Shown here: in pieces, positions 12,652-26,100 of the stretch
Layout of the letters: every line of letters starts with the position of its first letter
How positions within the stretch are numbered: the stretch's first letter is position 1
Source of the DNA: Hydrolagus colliei
Taxonomy: Eukaryota
Direction of reading: 5' to 3'
Assembly: GCA_035084275.1 (NCBI GenBank)
Contig: CM068752.1
Coordinates: 13,020,001 to 13,084,000 of the forward strand
DNA: 64,000 nt
Made by a program: the position numbers and the translations under genes
The notes under the pieces: generated by a model
Databases searched by the model: none
What the model was told of the DNA's origin: nothing
Seen by the model: the letters and a program-made list of their open reading frames with translations, nothing else

Positions 12652-14002
12652 ACAGAAATTTGGCTGCAGCTACCATTTTAAAAAAAATGAATTTTTTTTT
12701 CTACACAATGGTTTATATGAAAAGTTTATATCTAGAACGGTGTAGAAATTACAGATATTTTCATACGTTTCTATAGACGAGGCAGTGCTTGGGGTAGCGA
12801 ATGCTGCCACACGAAGGGGAGAAAGGTGCAGCCACAATCCCTGATACTCTACACAAGCGCCTCGCATTTCTTTTTTTATTAATGTGTTTGTTGGAAACAG
12901 ATCTGATTTTTATTTTTGGGGGAAACTGTTTCAGCTAAAGATGTTTGCTTTTAATTAGAACCTTTGCCAATGGAGTCCAGCCCTTTTCAGTTCCTGAATG
13001 TACAGCAACCAAACCAGACAGATGTACAATGTACTAGCTAGCATCATACCTTACTATGCATCCTGCTGGATGCATGGAGCCTTTTGATTGTCTGCATCAA
13101 TCTGCCACTTTAAAACTAAACTCAGACTTTGGGATTTGGAGAGGGTAAGATAGAGTTTAAAAATAAAATTTTGTCAGAACACTTGATCTGTACTTTCTAC
13201 AAATCAATTCTTGCTGGTGTCTTTTGAACTGAATTGGATCTACCTGCTCTCAGCTATACCTGTGTTTGCCAAGGAGATCAGTGCCTGGGACTATTTTCAT
13301 TGTAAACAGAAGCTGATGCTTGCATACAGGCTTATGAAATAAAAATGTAGCTCCTTACATACTTCAAATGAGATGTTGGATTTAGTTCCCCTCTGCATAT
13401 TTATGGTGAACACTGAAGATCTTATAACATTATTTTTTAAAAGGGGGAGTATCTCCCAGTGTCTTGCCCAGATATGCCCCAGAATGATAGGTCATTGTCT
13501 TTTTGGGGACTGTTATATGCACAAATTATTGGGTCAGTAACATTCATTATTTCTAAAAAAAAATTCTTAACTAAAAATGCCCCACATCAATTTGCAATTC
13601 ATTGTCTCATACATTCTGGGCACGACCTGATGGAAATAATGTGAATTTAAACTTATGAAGCAACGCGCATACCGTCCAAAATAAACCACTTTCCTCTGCT
13701 GACTTTTAAGATAATTGAACGAATTTGTGAATCCATCTGTCAACTACTATCAGAGTTCAGACATCACTGATTGCCAGTTTATGATGAATTAATATTTGTT
13801 CTTGATTTGCACTACTCTATGGCAAAGGATAATTGCTGGTTCTTCCTATGATTGATTGCTCTAATAACTAGTTCAATTGGACTGTAGGCAGTAGGTTCTA
13901 ATTACTGAGACTCAACAAAGTTACTGTCATGTTTAAATGAGGGGTGTCAAAACGCAAGTTGTATTCGTGTAACATCTTTACAATAATGTAAACTGGAATA
14001 AA
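12652..14002 (+). other. lman2: LMAN2 3' UTR with candidate polyadenylation signals
   Basis: Repeat-free AT-rich stretch after the stop. AATAAA at about 13162, 13338, 13679 and 13997; which one is used cannot be told from sequence. Confidence 0.55.
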
Positions 14003-14399
14003 CCTTGTGTTCTGGGTGCTGGTGTAATTAAAACCTGGTTAATTTATAACCACTATCTGCTGCAAACCTTTTTAATTCTTGCCTGCCTGCCAATGCTGGA
14101 ACCTGTTTCTTTATGCATGACTCTGCTGTTCAGCTTGTGCATTCACATGATTGGTTTGTGTTCAGTGTGGATTTTCCGATGTACCTCGTTAGATTTTTAA
14201 GTCCAGAAGGATATGATCATCCAAGAATTCTGAAAGAATCATAGATATGATTTTTGCTCTGCCTTTTTTTCCAATGTCTTGCCTTGTACCTCACTGGGGT
14301 CTGGTTAGAAGAGACCACCTTGAGAGAGTTTCGGCAGAATGCTTGTCGTAAAATGCATGAATATAAATTAATTTGGTCTCCACCAAAACAAAATAACAA

Positions 14400-14995
14400 T
14401 TCAGATCCTTGTGTACTGACCCCTCAGAATGTTGTAACCTCCCATTCGGATCAATTGAATGCACTCTTCTCCGGTCTCCCCAGCTCCACTATTCAAAAGA
14501 TCCAGCTAATTCAGCACTCCGCAGCCCACATACTGAACCGGACCAAACTCTGTTACTCCAGTCTCACCAGTTCTGGCCAGGCAGGGCCCCCCCGGGTCCC
14601 CATCACTGAATACATTGACTTTGAGGTCCTCAAACTCATTCAAATCCACTCACTCCCAGGCACCTCCCTACCTCTTCAACATCCTCACTCCTCGATCTAC
14701 CCTCCAGTATCTCCACTTGACTGGCACTGGCCACCTGCTTGTCCCTCATACCCTCCACCCCACCATCGGAGGTCGCACTTACAGCCACTAAGCAATGCCC
14801 CCAAACCCTGGAACACACTGACTCGATCCCTTTGCCTTGCCCTCCCCCTTTTAAAGACCCACCTGAAAACCTTCCTCCACCTGCCCCCACCTCTCCCCAT
14901 CCTGTATCGGAATCAGGCTCCATCACTGGAAACACAGTGAGATGCTCTGAGATGCTACCCGGAGTGGAGGACACTATATAAATGCAATTTGTTCT
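14400..14995 (+). mobile_element. Degraded L2 3' fragment (representative of many others)
   Basis: NALFSGLPSSTIQKIQLIQHSAAHIL remnant. Similar ends at ~3020-3345, 6255-6500(-), 10430-10885(-), 12215-12435, 15490-15882, 24676-24938, 32040-32300(-), 34075-34395(-), 50590-50900(-), 62160-62580(-). Confidence 0.75.
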
Positions 14996-16451
14996 CTTCA
15001 CTGTTCCCCTACCAGCTGATGATTCACCCGCTATACCCTCATTCTCTCATCACTTTCAAACACTCCTAAAATTCTGTTGCCTTTCAGCCTTTCACTGCTT
15101 CAATATCGTTTTTAGAAACACTTTCTTTGGTTTGCTTTCGTGAAGTACTGAGAACTCCACCCTCTGCTGCTCGCTTGCTTTCCCATTGTCTTTAAACTAT
15201 TCAAGCTGCCCATCCTACAGGTAAGATCCTGCCAGCAGTTGTTTCTGGCTGGCCACACAAGCGATTTCCCTGAATCTAAAATGCCGGTTATTTTCCCAAC
15301 TCTCAATCACTTGAAAAAGGTCCAGTGCAATTCAGAAGGAAATCTCAATCTGGCTAATCATCCCTTTACTCTTAGAAGCAATACCGGATCACATTTACTT
15401 GGATAAACTGGGCACAGATCCTATAATTGGTCTGGGAACTATCCATCCTGCTGTGTGTTGCAGTGTTTTTCCAGCGTTCAGATAAACTAAAGCCCATTGA
15501 TGCTGCTATAAGCAACTGGTGGAACATTGCTGCATTATTTAATTCAAGATCCTTGTCTTCACTTTCAAGGCGGGCTCTGGCCCACTCCATGTCCCCTGCC
15601 CATGTCATCCTACCATCGGTGACCGGGCTTTCAGCCTCTCTGCCCCCACACTCTGGAACTCCATTCCACAATCCCTTCACCTCGCTTTCTCCCTTTCCTC
15701 CTTTAAGGCCAGTCTCAAGACCTTCCTCTTCGACCGTGCCTTCCGCTGCCCTCCTAACCCTTCCCCCCTTTCCTACTCCTTCCCCCTACCCCTGACACCC
15801 CTCCACATCCACTCGAGTACCGACCTAACTGTTCAGCGCCTTGGGACGTGAAAGGTGCTCTATAAATGTAATTTTGTTGTTGTTATGTGACACTAACCAG
15901 AGCTTTTTAAAAAATGTTTTAAACTTAAGGATCTCATTTGTACAGCTGGAGCATGAGCAGGGTTTTCGGTGGAATATTTTCCAGATCAGACACAAATTAA
16001 AAGGATTATGTTACAAGAATAACAAATGAAATGACTGTGAGAGGACCTAATAATAATCCTTATATATTTAAGAGTCTTATTCAAGCACACCGCTGCCTGG
16101 TGTAAACACTGGAATATGATGAGTCTTTTTAAGGTTGTAGATATTTGACATGTCATGCCTGTGTTGTGATTACTTCCCTGCTGTTAAAGCAGAACCATAG
16201 GTCTGTACTTGTCTTGCTCCTCCTTTTGCAGGTTGGGACATGAGCTCACAAACTGGAGTGCTGGGTTTTGGGGAGGAAGGGAAGAAAGTCAGAGTTGCTT
16301 ATTGCACCTTCGGGAATCAGTGCAGAATTTTGTTTCATTCCCACCTGAAATTGTAAAATGGGACCAGTTCGGCAAGGCTTGAATGTTTGTGGAAAAAATA
16401 ATTGAACCATAAATCACAGAAGCGATTTCTTTTGGGATAAGTATATGGACA

Positions 16452-16776
16452 TTTGTGGAGTCCTGTAGCTCAGTGGTTAGAGCACTTGCCTTACAAGCAT
16501 GAGACCTGTGTTCGAATCCAGGCAGGTCAGGGCAAAACCTTGGGCAAGTTTCCTTACTCCACACGCCTAATATTAATCCCACCCTAAAAAAAAACCACAA
16601 TAATAAAATTGGTAATTTAAATCCACGACATTGTGGAACACTGCTGTGCGCAATTGGCTGCCACGTAAATATTCGCACACAAATATACGGTCAATTCACT
16701 TTACAGTATATTCTGTGAAGCGTTTTGAGACGTCTAGTAGATGTGAAAAGCGCTATATCAAATGCAAGGATTATTA
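16452..16776 (+). mobile_element. tRNA-derived SINE, representative full-length copy
   Basis: A box TAGCTCAGTGG, B box GTTCGAATCC, conserved body and (ATT)n tail. Other copies (approximate): 1355-1706+, 5907-6228-, 11026-11326+, 20447-20745+, 20905-21200-, 23815-24116+, 24971-25276-, 44388-44692-, 49085-49330+, 51198-51450-, plus many fragments. Resembles the dominant elephant-shark SINE from memory. Confidence 0.9.
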
Positions 16777-17861
16777 TACGTCTATTGGAATGGGATTTGG
16801 TTTAATTCTGCTCTGTGGGAAAAATCGCATTCACCACAAATAACAAAATTCTCAGCCAAACCCACAATAAACTTGGTTTAAACGGATGCTAATGTTCAAA
16901 CAAAATATCACCTGATTCCGGAGGTGCTGGGTTTCCTTTGTGTTTCTAAGTAGAACTTTACAGATGATTGAACTGCAGATGATCTTTATTAACACTCACA
17001 TGGAAATGTGAAATAATTGAAACAAGCTGAATTATATGGATAGGAGGTGAAGAGAAGCTGTATTGGGTGGGGAAGGAGGAGCACTGTGATAGTGAGAGAA
17101 TATATGAAGGAGAGAAAAGACTGCTTTGAGGAAGTTCAGGCTGTTCTTGGACCTAATACTGTAATCAAGACAGAAAATTGCTTGAGCACCAACTCCTACC
17201 AGGTCATGAGTTCTGCTCTTTTGACTGACTTTGTTTTAACTTGATGGTGGCTATATGGTACCAGATGGAATGATAAGGCAGTCAGTTATTTTGCCTTGAA
17301 GCAAAGTGTGCGAGTGGCAGAGGAGTTTGCAATGCCTGTATTTTCCCACTTGTTCCCACTATCTGCATTTTGTGTTTGAGATTGTGGTGAGTAATAATAG
17401 TAATAATAAACCTTGGATTTTTGTATTGCACCTTAACACGTTGGAAGGACGTCTCAAAGCGTTCAGTGTAAAGTGAAGTGACTGTGTTCGTACGCAAATA
17501 CAACAGCCATGGACTAAATTACCAATTTTATTTGGGGGTTTGTTGGCTAAGACACTGAAAGAAATTCTCTTCTATTTCTGAATAAATAAAGGGATCTTTA
17601 ACGTCCACCTGAACAAGCAGACGGGGCCAACAAAGTTGGTGGAGATTATAGATAGATTTTATGAGTGACTAAATCTGTGACCTAAATATCTCAGATCTAA
17701 GTGCTCTCAGCTGAAGTCTGATGGATGCTACAATGTAAGAAGTGTTTTTTTAAGGGATTACAAGGCGTGGAAATCATTTCTTACTGTAGATTTGCAACAA
17801 TAGGTTTACTTGTTTCAACTTTGGTTACAGTAGAACCTTGTCACTACATGACACAATGAGT

Positions 17862-18905
17862 AACAACAATAAAATTACATTTATAGAGCGCCTTTCACAT
17901 CAGGAGGCCGTCCCAATGCACTGAACAGTCAGGGGTTGGGACCCGAACATGGGGGATGAGCAGGGTAGTGGGGAGGGAGAAAGGTGGGAGGGTGACAGAA
18001 GGCACGATCGAACAGGAGGGTCTTGAGACCGACCTTGAAGGAGGCTGCGGGATGCAGAGAAGCTGAAAGCCCGGCTACCGATGGTAGGGCAGATCGGGGG
18101 GAGGTTGGGGGGGGACATGGAACAGACCAGAGCCTGCTGAACAGAGGGGACAGGCAGGTTGATAGGGAGTCAGCAAGTCGGAGAGATACGAGGGGGCAAG
18201 GCCTAGATACGAATGGCCTAGAAAGTGAGGACAAGGATCTTGAATTTGATCCTCTGGGAGATGGGGAGCCAATGGAGCCGGGCGAGGGTGGGAGTGATGT
18301 GGCCATGCAGCCGAGTGTGGGAGAGGACGAGCTGCAGAGTTCTAACCACTGAGCTTATGAAGGGAAGAGCTCTGAAGGCCGATGAGAAGGGGGTTTCCAT
18401 AGTCAAGCCTTGATGTGATGAATGCATGGTTGAGGGTTTCAGCAGCCAGAGGGGTGAGGCAGTGGCGGAGTCTGGCAATGTTACGAAGGTAGCGTAAGGC
18501 AGTACTGGCATAAGGCACGGATGTGGGAGAGGAGGGACAGTTCAGGGTCAAACAAGACACCCAGGTTCCTGACTGGCTTCGTGAGATGGAGAGTGCAGCT
18601 GCGGATGCTGACGCTCCAAGCGTCTGAGGTGATGCGAGCCAATCAGGAGGGCCTCAGTCTTGCTGACGTTTAGCTGAAGAAAGTTGTCCCTTGTCCAGGA
18701 CTCGATGTCAGAAAGGCAGGCAGTCAGGACGCTGCTAGTCCTGGAGTTGAGGGTGGAAGCGGAGAGGTAGAGTTGGGTGTCGTCCGCATACATGTGGAAA
18801 TTTACCCCATTATAGGGGGGACATGTGGAAGGTGAAGAGGAGGGGACCAAGGACAGAGCCCTGAGGAAATCCGCACAAGATGGTGTGGGGGCTGGAGGAA
18901 AAACT
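17862..18905 (-). mobile_element. L2/CR1-clade LINE 3' fragment (RT remnant)
   Basis: Minus-strand [41 protein letters not shown]; (TTG)n tail. Confidence 0.9.
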
Positions 18906-19019
18906 GTTGGCAATAATTAAGCATTAATGTAGGGCAGTGTGTCCAGATGGAGCAAGTTCCTGTAGCAAACACATAGAGTGAATTCTCTCACAAACAACCA
19001 TGAATGACCAATTTTATTT

Positions 19020-19240
19020 GGCCATGGACACTGGGAGAAACTCCCTTCGCTTTTCAAATAGTACCAACGGATTTTTAATGTCCACCTGAACAGGCAGACA
19101 GGGTAGTCAGTTTAAAATCTCATCCAATGGATGGCCCGTTTAACAATGCAGCAATCCCCAGCACTGCTTCGAAGTATCATCTTAGACGACATATGTTTCA
19201 TGTTCCGACACGGGGCTTTGAACCCACAGTCTTTTGAGAA
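19020..19240 (-). mobile_element. Old DeuSINE-like fragment
   Basis: Reverse complement of ...gagattttaaact...gtctgcctgttcaggtggacattaaaaatcc...; related pieces at ~1730-1870 (+) and ~17590-17630 (-). Family assigned from memory. Confidence 0.45.
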
Positions 19241-21865
19241 TTTTTGTTGTTTGTGGTGACTGTGGTTTTTCCCCACTGAGCAGAATTAAACCAAATCCCA
19301 TTCCAATAGTTGAGAACTTGCTTATCACTATCCTGAGTGAAGGCTGCTATGTGAGTGCAAGTTAGTGTTGTACGTTTATCTATATTGAGCTTTATTTGGC
19401 ATTCATTAGCCCAGGTTCACACCTTATCAACTGGAATGTTATTGTTGTTGTACCAAGCTCTCTTTGCCTGACCTTTGGTGCCTCCTCTGATTCCGCAGTT
19501 CCCTCTCTCATTTTGGTATTCACCTGTAAACGTAGCAGTTTACATACTTCAGACACTTCTCATTGAAGATATGGAGAGTTCACAATAGGATTCAATAGTA
19601 GCAATTTACTCATTGGCGGTCACTCCAAACATGAAAAACTGCTCTTTGGCACAGGAATCCCACAAATTGACTGTGATAATATTGTAGCTCATAAGCAGGA
19701 TTCCCATTTAGTGTCTGAGTCACTATTAGTGACTATTTACTATCATCATAATTTTATATCCCATTGTACAGAGTGTTTTCAGAAATATTAAACTCATGAG
19801 GTGTTCCCTACAACCAATGCAACCATAGTTGTTTGTAACTGATTTAATTTCCCCCCAACTAAACGTCAAAAAGCCAAGAAAGTAAATGCCCCTCTTTAAA
19901 CTTTGATTTTATTGCAGGAGGATGGGTGGAGTAATTAATTACTACTGAATGTTTGCTGTGCGATTAATTTACACGGTCGACACAAGCTCTTCCCTCTCAC
20001 ATATAGTACTGGACACAATATGCAACTCCAATAAGATAATCGAGGGCACTGTATATAATAATAATCCTTGCATTTGATTAAACGCCTTATCATGTCTTCT
20101 AGACGTCGCAAAGCGCTTCACAGAGTACACTGTTGTCAATTGAGTGACCAAATGTATTGTATATATTATAAATAGATTGCTATACACTGTATATTATTAT
20201 AAATAGAAATTATATACTAGCAATATAAAATAATAATCATTTGGTCATGTCAATCCACGACTGTTTGTGCGCAATTGGTTGCCATGTTTCACCCACCAGA
20301 ACATACCGTCAATTCGCTTTACTGTATATTCTGTAAAGCACTTTGCGATGTATAGAAGGCATGATAAGGTGCTAAATCAAATGCAAGGATTATTATTTTT
20401 GTTGCTAGCGTTTAATTGTTATTATACTTTTAAAATATATATATATTTGTGGAGTCCTATAGCTCAGTGGTTAGAGCACTCGCCTTAGAAGCGTGTAACC
20501 TGTGCTTCGAATCCAGGCAGGTCAGGGCGAATCCTTACTCCACACGCCAACTAATAATCCATCAAAAAAAACTATAATAAATTGGTCATTTCAATCCATG
20601 TTTGTGGGACACTGCTGTGTGTACTTGGCTGCCGTGTTTTGCACACAAATATACACACACAAACTTTACAGTTTATTCTGTGAAGCGCTTTGAGACGTTT
20701 AGAAGACGTGAAAAGCGCTATATGAAATCCAAGGAATATTATTTATTATTAAATTACAGAATAGTTTAAGTCTATTTGAGAAAGAAAAGGCACATCAGTT
20801 GGCTTTACAGAGGTTCCAGTGAAATCAGATGCCGGGATTACCATCATTATTATATTTGCCAGATTAGAATTGTAAATGACAGTGTGTTTTTAATATACTG
20901 TATATATAATAATCCTCGCATTTGATATAGTGCTTTTCACATCTTATCAACGTCCCAAAGCGCTTCACAGAAGATGCTGTAAAGTGAATTGACTGTATAT
21001 TTGTGGGCGAATCGCAGCAGCCAATTGCGCACAGCAGCGTCCCCACAAACAGTCGTGGATTGAAATGACCAATTTTATTATTGTGGTATTTTATGGAGGG
21101 ATTATGATTATTAGGCGTGTGTGTGTGTGTGTGTGTGTGTGTGGAGTAAGGAAACTTGCCCAAGGTTTCGCCCTGACCTGCCTGCCTGGATTCGAACACA
21201 GGTCTCCCCATCTTGGTCTCCCCAGCTATGAGCAGGTTACAGATGGGTTGGAAGTGTGCGCGGGAGAGGCACAGAGGTCGGCTTTGCAAAACTTTGCGTC
21301 GCGTTTTAACGTTTCGTCAGACGCTTCTTTGTCAGAACTCAACAACAAAACACAACCACAAAATGACGACGATAAGAGCGGCCTTCACGCTGTCGGGAGG
21401 ACGGCGCTCGCAAGGCGCTGAACGGTCAGGTCGGTTCCGGCGAACAAACGTCGGCTCGCTCCCCCTTTCTCCGCGGACGCTGCCGCCCGACCCCCCCAAC
21501 CCCCCCCCCCCCGAGCGGCTGAGGCTTACATGTTGATTTTGAAGTCTCTTACACACTTGTGAATGAGATCAGTCTCTACCAACAACAACAACAACAATTT
21601 ACATTTATAGAGCGCCTTTCACGTCGGGACGACGTCCCACTGGGCTGGGGGGCTGGGTGGGGGGGGGGGGCAATCGAGATACATTTCACGGTTTAACTCA
21701 ATCATTCAGTCCCCCCCCCCCCCCCCCCCCCACATACAAAATTATTTGGCATTTTAAACCAATGGGAAAGGGCTGGCTGGCCATCATGTGATCAGAAACG
21801 TGGAGGAGGAGGAGAGGAGAAAAGTTGATTCCAAAGTTGGGGGACAAAGTTTCCTAGAGTTTGTC

Positions 21866-21896
<31 letters not shown>

Positions 21897-22159
21897 GACA
21901 GGGGGTGGGAAAGGAAAGGGTCAGATCAGAGACACACACACACACACACACAGCCATCAGGATCAGCCTCAAAATCAACAGGATTGTACCTGCTGTGTGT
22001 GTGTGTGTGTGTGTGTTTTGATTTGAGTTTGTGGGAGTGTTTGTTTGGCAAGGGAGTGTTGTTGTGAACTGTGTTGGACTGTGGGCTCGTGTGAGTGTGT
22101 TTCAGTGTTGGTGTCCGTGAGTGAGTGTGTGTTGGTGTGTTTGTGTGTGTGTGTGTGTG

Positions 22160-23045
22160 TGAGATAGTGACTGAGTTGGTGAGTGTGTGTTAGTGTGATT
22201 GTGTGTTGGTTTAGTGTGAGTTAGTGAGTGTGTGTGTGTGAGTTAGTGACTTGAGTTAGTGAGTGAGTTAGTGACTGAGTTGGTGAGTGAGTTAGTGACT
22301 GAGTTTGTGTGTGTGTGAGTTAGTGAGTGTGTGTGAGTGTGTGAGTTAGTGACTGAGTTAGTGAGTGTGTGTGAGTTAGTGACTGAGTTAGTGAGTGTGA
22401 GTTAGTGAGTGTGTGTGAGTGTGTGAGTTAGTGACTGAGTTAGTGAGTGTGTGAGTTAGTGACTGAGTTAGTGAGTGTGTGTGAGTTAGTGACTGAGTTA
22501 GTGAGTGTGTGTGAGTTAGTGACTGAGTTAGTGAGTGTGTGAGTTAGTGAGTGTGTGTGAGTTAGTGACTGAGTGTGTGTGTGTGAGTTAGTGACTGAGT
22601 TAGTGTGTGTGTGAGTTAGTGACTGAGTTAGTGTGTGTGTGAGTTAGTGAGTGTGTGTGAGTTAGTGACTGAGTGTGTGTGTGAGTTAGTGACTGAGTTA
22701 GTGTGTGTGTGAGTTAGTGACTGAGTTAGTGTGTGTGTGAGTTAGTGACTGAGTGTGTGTGTGTGAGTTAGTGACTGAGTTAGTGAGTGTGTGTGAGTTG
22801 GTGACTGAGTGTGTGAGTTAGTGACTGAGTTAGTGTGTGTGTGTGTGAGTTAGTGACTGAGTTAGTGAGTGTGTGTGTGAGTTAGTGACTGAGTTAGTGT
22901 GTGTGTGTGTGAGTTAGTGACTGAGTTAGTGAGTGTGTGTGTGAGTTAGTGACTGAGTTAGTGAGTGTGTTAGTGTGATTGTGAGTGTGTTAGTGTGATT
23001 GTGAGTGTGTTAGTGTGATTGTGAGTGTGTTAGTGTGAGTGTGTG
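22160..23045. repeat. Compound minisatellite [GAGTTAGTGACT / GAGTTAGT / (GT)n] array
   Basis: ~900 bp of variant units such as gtgagttagtgactgagttagtgagtgtgt, ending ~50 nt before the acceptor at 23097. Confidence 0.95.
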
Positions 23046-23119
23046 ATTGAGCGCACGTCCCCCCCCTCCCCACCAATCCCTCAGTCCCTCCCCTCAGAAG
23101 TGAACCGTCTTCCACACCC

Positions 23120-23168
23120 ATGGCGACTGAACAAAAACCTCCCAAGCGGAGAGACAGCGAGAGTCTGG
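23120..23168 (+). CDS. pdcd4: PDCD4-like first coding exon ([16 protein letters not shown])
   Basis: cccATGG context, acceptor ccctcag at 23097, donor G|gtaagt; phase 1 matches the next exon. Confidence 0.75.
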
Positions 23169-26100
23169 GTAAGTCACTGGGGGGAACTGAGCAGCCCCTG
23201 GGCTAGGACAGGCAGCAGTGAGGGGGGGGGGGGGGGGGAGAGAAAGCTCCATTCACTCCATTTAATACAGGCAGGTGGGGACCCCCGCTAAACTGCCCTG
23301 TCTTGTCCTCCCCCCTCCCCCCCCCCCCCACCATTTGAATCTATTCAAAGTTTATTTATTATCTTAAAACACACAGTCAATTCTCTTTACAGTATGTGCC
23401 GTGCAGCGGTTTGAGACGCCTTGACGATGTGACCGGGCGCTGTACCAAACGCCGAGGGGATCATTATTTATTATTGTTGTTTTGATTATTATTGTTGAGG
23501 TAACATTACGCGGGCGCTCTCTTTACCCACCGATTGTTTTCGAAGCTTGACCGCGTCGCAGGCCGACGCAAGCTCGCATCGCAAACGTTCGGCTGTAAAG
23601 CCGTTTGATGCGTTGCGTTGGACCGGAGAGACGAGGCAAAGCTCACAACAACAGCAGCAGCAGCAGCAGCAGCAGCACGGAGACAAGGCAATAATATATC
23701 AGTGTTTAATCCTGCACCACACTGGACACCGACCACCTCACTGCTGGTTTAATAAGATGCCCTTTTAATGTGAGAAAAAAGTGAACAGCAAATCCAAAGT
23801 GAACATGTCTGGACTCGTGGGGTCCCGTGGCTCAGCGGTTGGGAGCGCTCGCCTTCAGCCCAACCCAGATGCTTGGGTTGGATTCCAGGTCAGGGCGAAA
23901 CCTTGGGCAAGTTTCCTTACTCCACACGCCTGATAATAATCCTTCAAGAACAAAAAATGGGTCACTTCCATTCACGCCTGTTTGTGGGACACGACTGTGC
24001 GCGATTGGCTGCTGCGTTTCACCCACAAATATCACTTCACAGTATATATTCTGTGAAGCGCTCTGAGGCGTCTGGAAGACGCCGCATCGGACGCGAGGAT
24101 TATTATTGTTGTTGTTGCTCCGAGATTCATGTCTTATTTCACCGTGTGATTGACATTTTAAGCAGATGTAGACATGTGGGAAGAGGCCCATGGGATGTTG
24201 GAGGAGCAGAACAGCTTGATCAACAAGAGAAAAAGGCTAAAATAGACTAACATGGGTGGGTGTGACCCTTCAGGGGAACTGTTAAAAACCACAATCCAAG
24301 TGCACATTGAATCTTTTCCAGGGAGCTTTGTGAATTGTGCAGTTATTCCGCGTGTTCACTGGGCAGACGGCAGCATCTCTTAGGACCTAGGATTTAAAAA
24401 AAAATACATGCCCTCACTTGTTTTTCTCTCTTCGTGCTTTATAAATAAAACTCATGTCCAGCAGAGGGGGTAGTGACTAGCTCTTCCTCCACAGTCAACA
24501 TCCTGAAACACGCCTGGTATGCATGGGGCCACAGACAGCAGAGTTTTGTATAATTTGGACCTGGTTTATACACTAAACCCCACATAACTCGTATCGTTTG
24601 TGAGCATACCGTTAATATGACTCGCGCAAATCAGGAGCCTGCTCCACGACACCCGACCGCCCCGCCCCCATCATTAGTGACCGAGCCTTTCAGCCACTCT
24701 ACCCCCAACCCCTGGAACTCCATCCCGCAGCCCCTCCACCTCGCCTCCTCCCTGGCCTCCTCCAAGTCCCGCTTCAAGACCCTCCTCTTTGACGGTCCCG
24801 TCGGTCACCCAAAATCCCCGCCTTTCCCTCCACCCTCCCCATCCCCTCCCCCAGCTCGGGTCTGAAACAATGACTGTCCAGTGCCTTGGGACGTCCTCCT
24901 GACATGAAAGGCGCTATACAAGTGTCATTTTGTTGTTGTCAAACCTGCACAAGTTCCATATATATCATCATAATAATATAATAATCCTTGCATTTGATAT
25001 AGTGCTTTTCACGTCTTCTAGACATCTCAAAGTGGTTCACAGAAGCGACTGAATTGACTATATATGTGGGCGAAATGTGGCAGCCAATTGCGCACAGCAG
25101 TGTCCCACTAACAGTCGTGGATTGAAAATGAACAATTTTTAAAACTGTTTTGTGGGGGATTATTATTAGGTGTGTGGAGTAAAGAAAGTTGCTCAAGGTT
25201 TCACCCTGCCTGGAATTGAACCTAGGTCTCTCGCTCGTAAGGCGAGAGCTCTAACCACTGAGCTACAGGACTCCACGTAGATGACTTAAAAGTGTAAAGT
25301 TATGTTTGTAACTCGCATTTTGTACGACGCACGTATAACAAATACACGAGTACTAAACTGGTCGATGACATTAAGGAATGGTTTCAAAACGGAACTTTTC
25401 AGACACATCATTTTCCATAACAACCATTTTCACGAGCTTTTCAAACAGTTTTATTATCTGTAAATGTTCTATTTGAATATTCATGGTGCCTTCCTTGATT
25501 TTATTATATTTTTCTTGCAGTGGGGGATGATACAAATGTGTGAATTATTTAACAGTTGGGGGGGGGAGGGGGGGGGGTGAGGGGAGGGGTGGTGGTTGTT
25601 AAGAGTCCTACTTAATTACCTCAGTTATAAAGGGAGATATGTGCAGCCTCATACTTTATACAGCTGTCAATTGGAAGCATACGATTCATCCAGATCAGAC
25701 ATATGGGAGTTTTACTGTACTGCAGTTGGAGAGAACAGCAAGCAGTTGCTTTGGAAACATTGAGGCAGAATGTGATGAAACCATAAATGAGGGTTTCAGC
25801 TGTGTTTGAAAAGATGGGTTGATAGAATAGAATTGGACATTCACTTCTTGCCTGTTTGTCGGACAGTGTTGTGTGCAAATTGGCTGCTGTGTTTGCCCAC
25901 AAAACATGTTATCGCTGCGATTTACAGTATGCCCTGTAAAGCACTTTGGGATATGTTATACCACATGTAAGTATTATTATCATTATTACAAGATGCTACA
26001 TCAAATGCAGGTATTGTTACTAACAATAAGAATTGTCTAGATAAATCAGTCATTAATCTCATGGACAGATTTTATAAATATTATTACCCCCGCAAAAGTG

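Larger units (their letters stand above)
21250..24120. promoter_or_regulatory. CpG-rich promoter/first-intron region of the PDCD4-family gene
   Basis: CpG-dense blocks at 21250-21530 and 23400-24120, where even SINE/L2 remnants retain CpGs. CCAAT at 21759. An acceptor at 23097 implies an upstream non-coding exon whose position is not resolved. Confidence 0.5.

Noticed and set aside
14254-14940. 228-aa ORF and other RT-like ORFs (17929-18913, 37447-38708)
   Set aside because: Frameshifted L2 LINE remnants, not genes
16452-16540. tRNA-like A/B boxes here and in many other places
   Set aside because: SINE heads; no complete cloverleaf and always followed by SINE body
22160-23045. CRISPR-like or telomeric array
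   Set aside because: Eukaryotic context, no unique spacers, and not TTAGGG; it is a compound minisatellite
23646-23675. (CAA)2(CAG)8 polyglutamine ORF (23547-23768)
   Set aside because: Intronic, no supporting splice sites or homology; short microsatellite
24176-24256. Possible alternative first coding exon ([23 protein letters not shown])
   Set aside because: Stops in frame and has no phase-1 GT donor; the 23120 exon fits better
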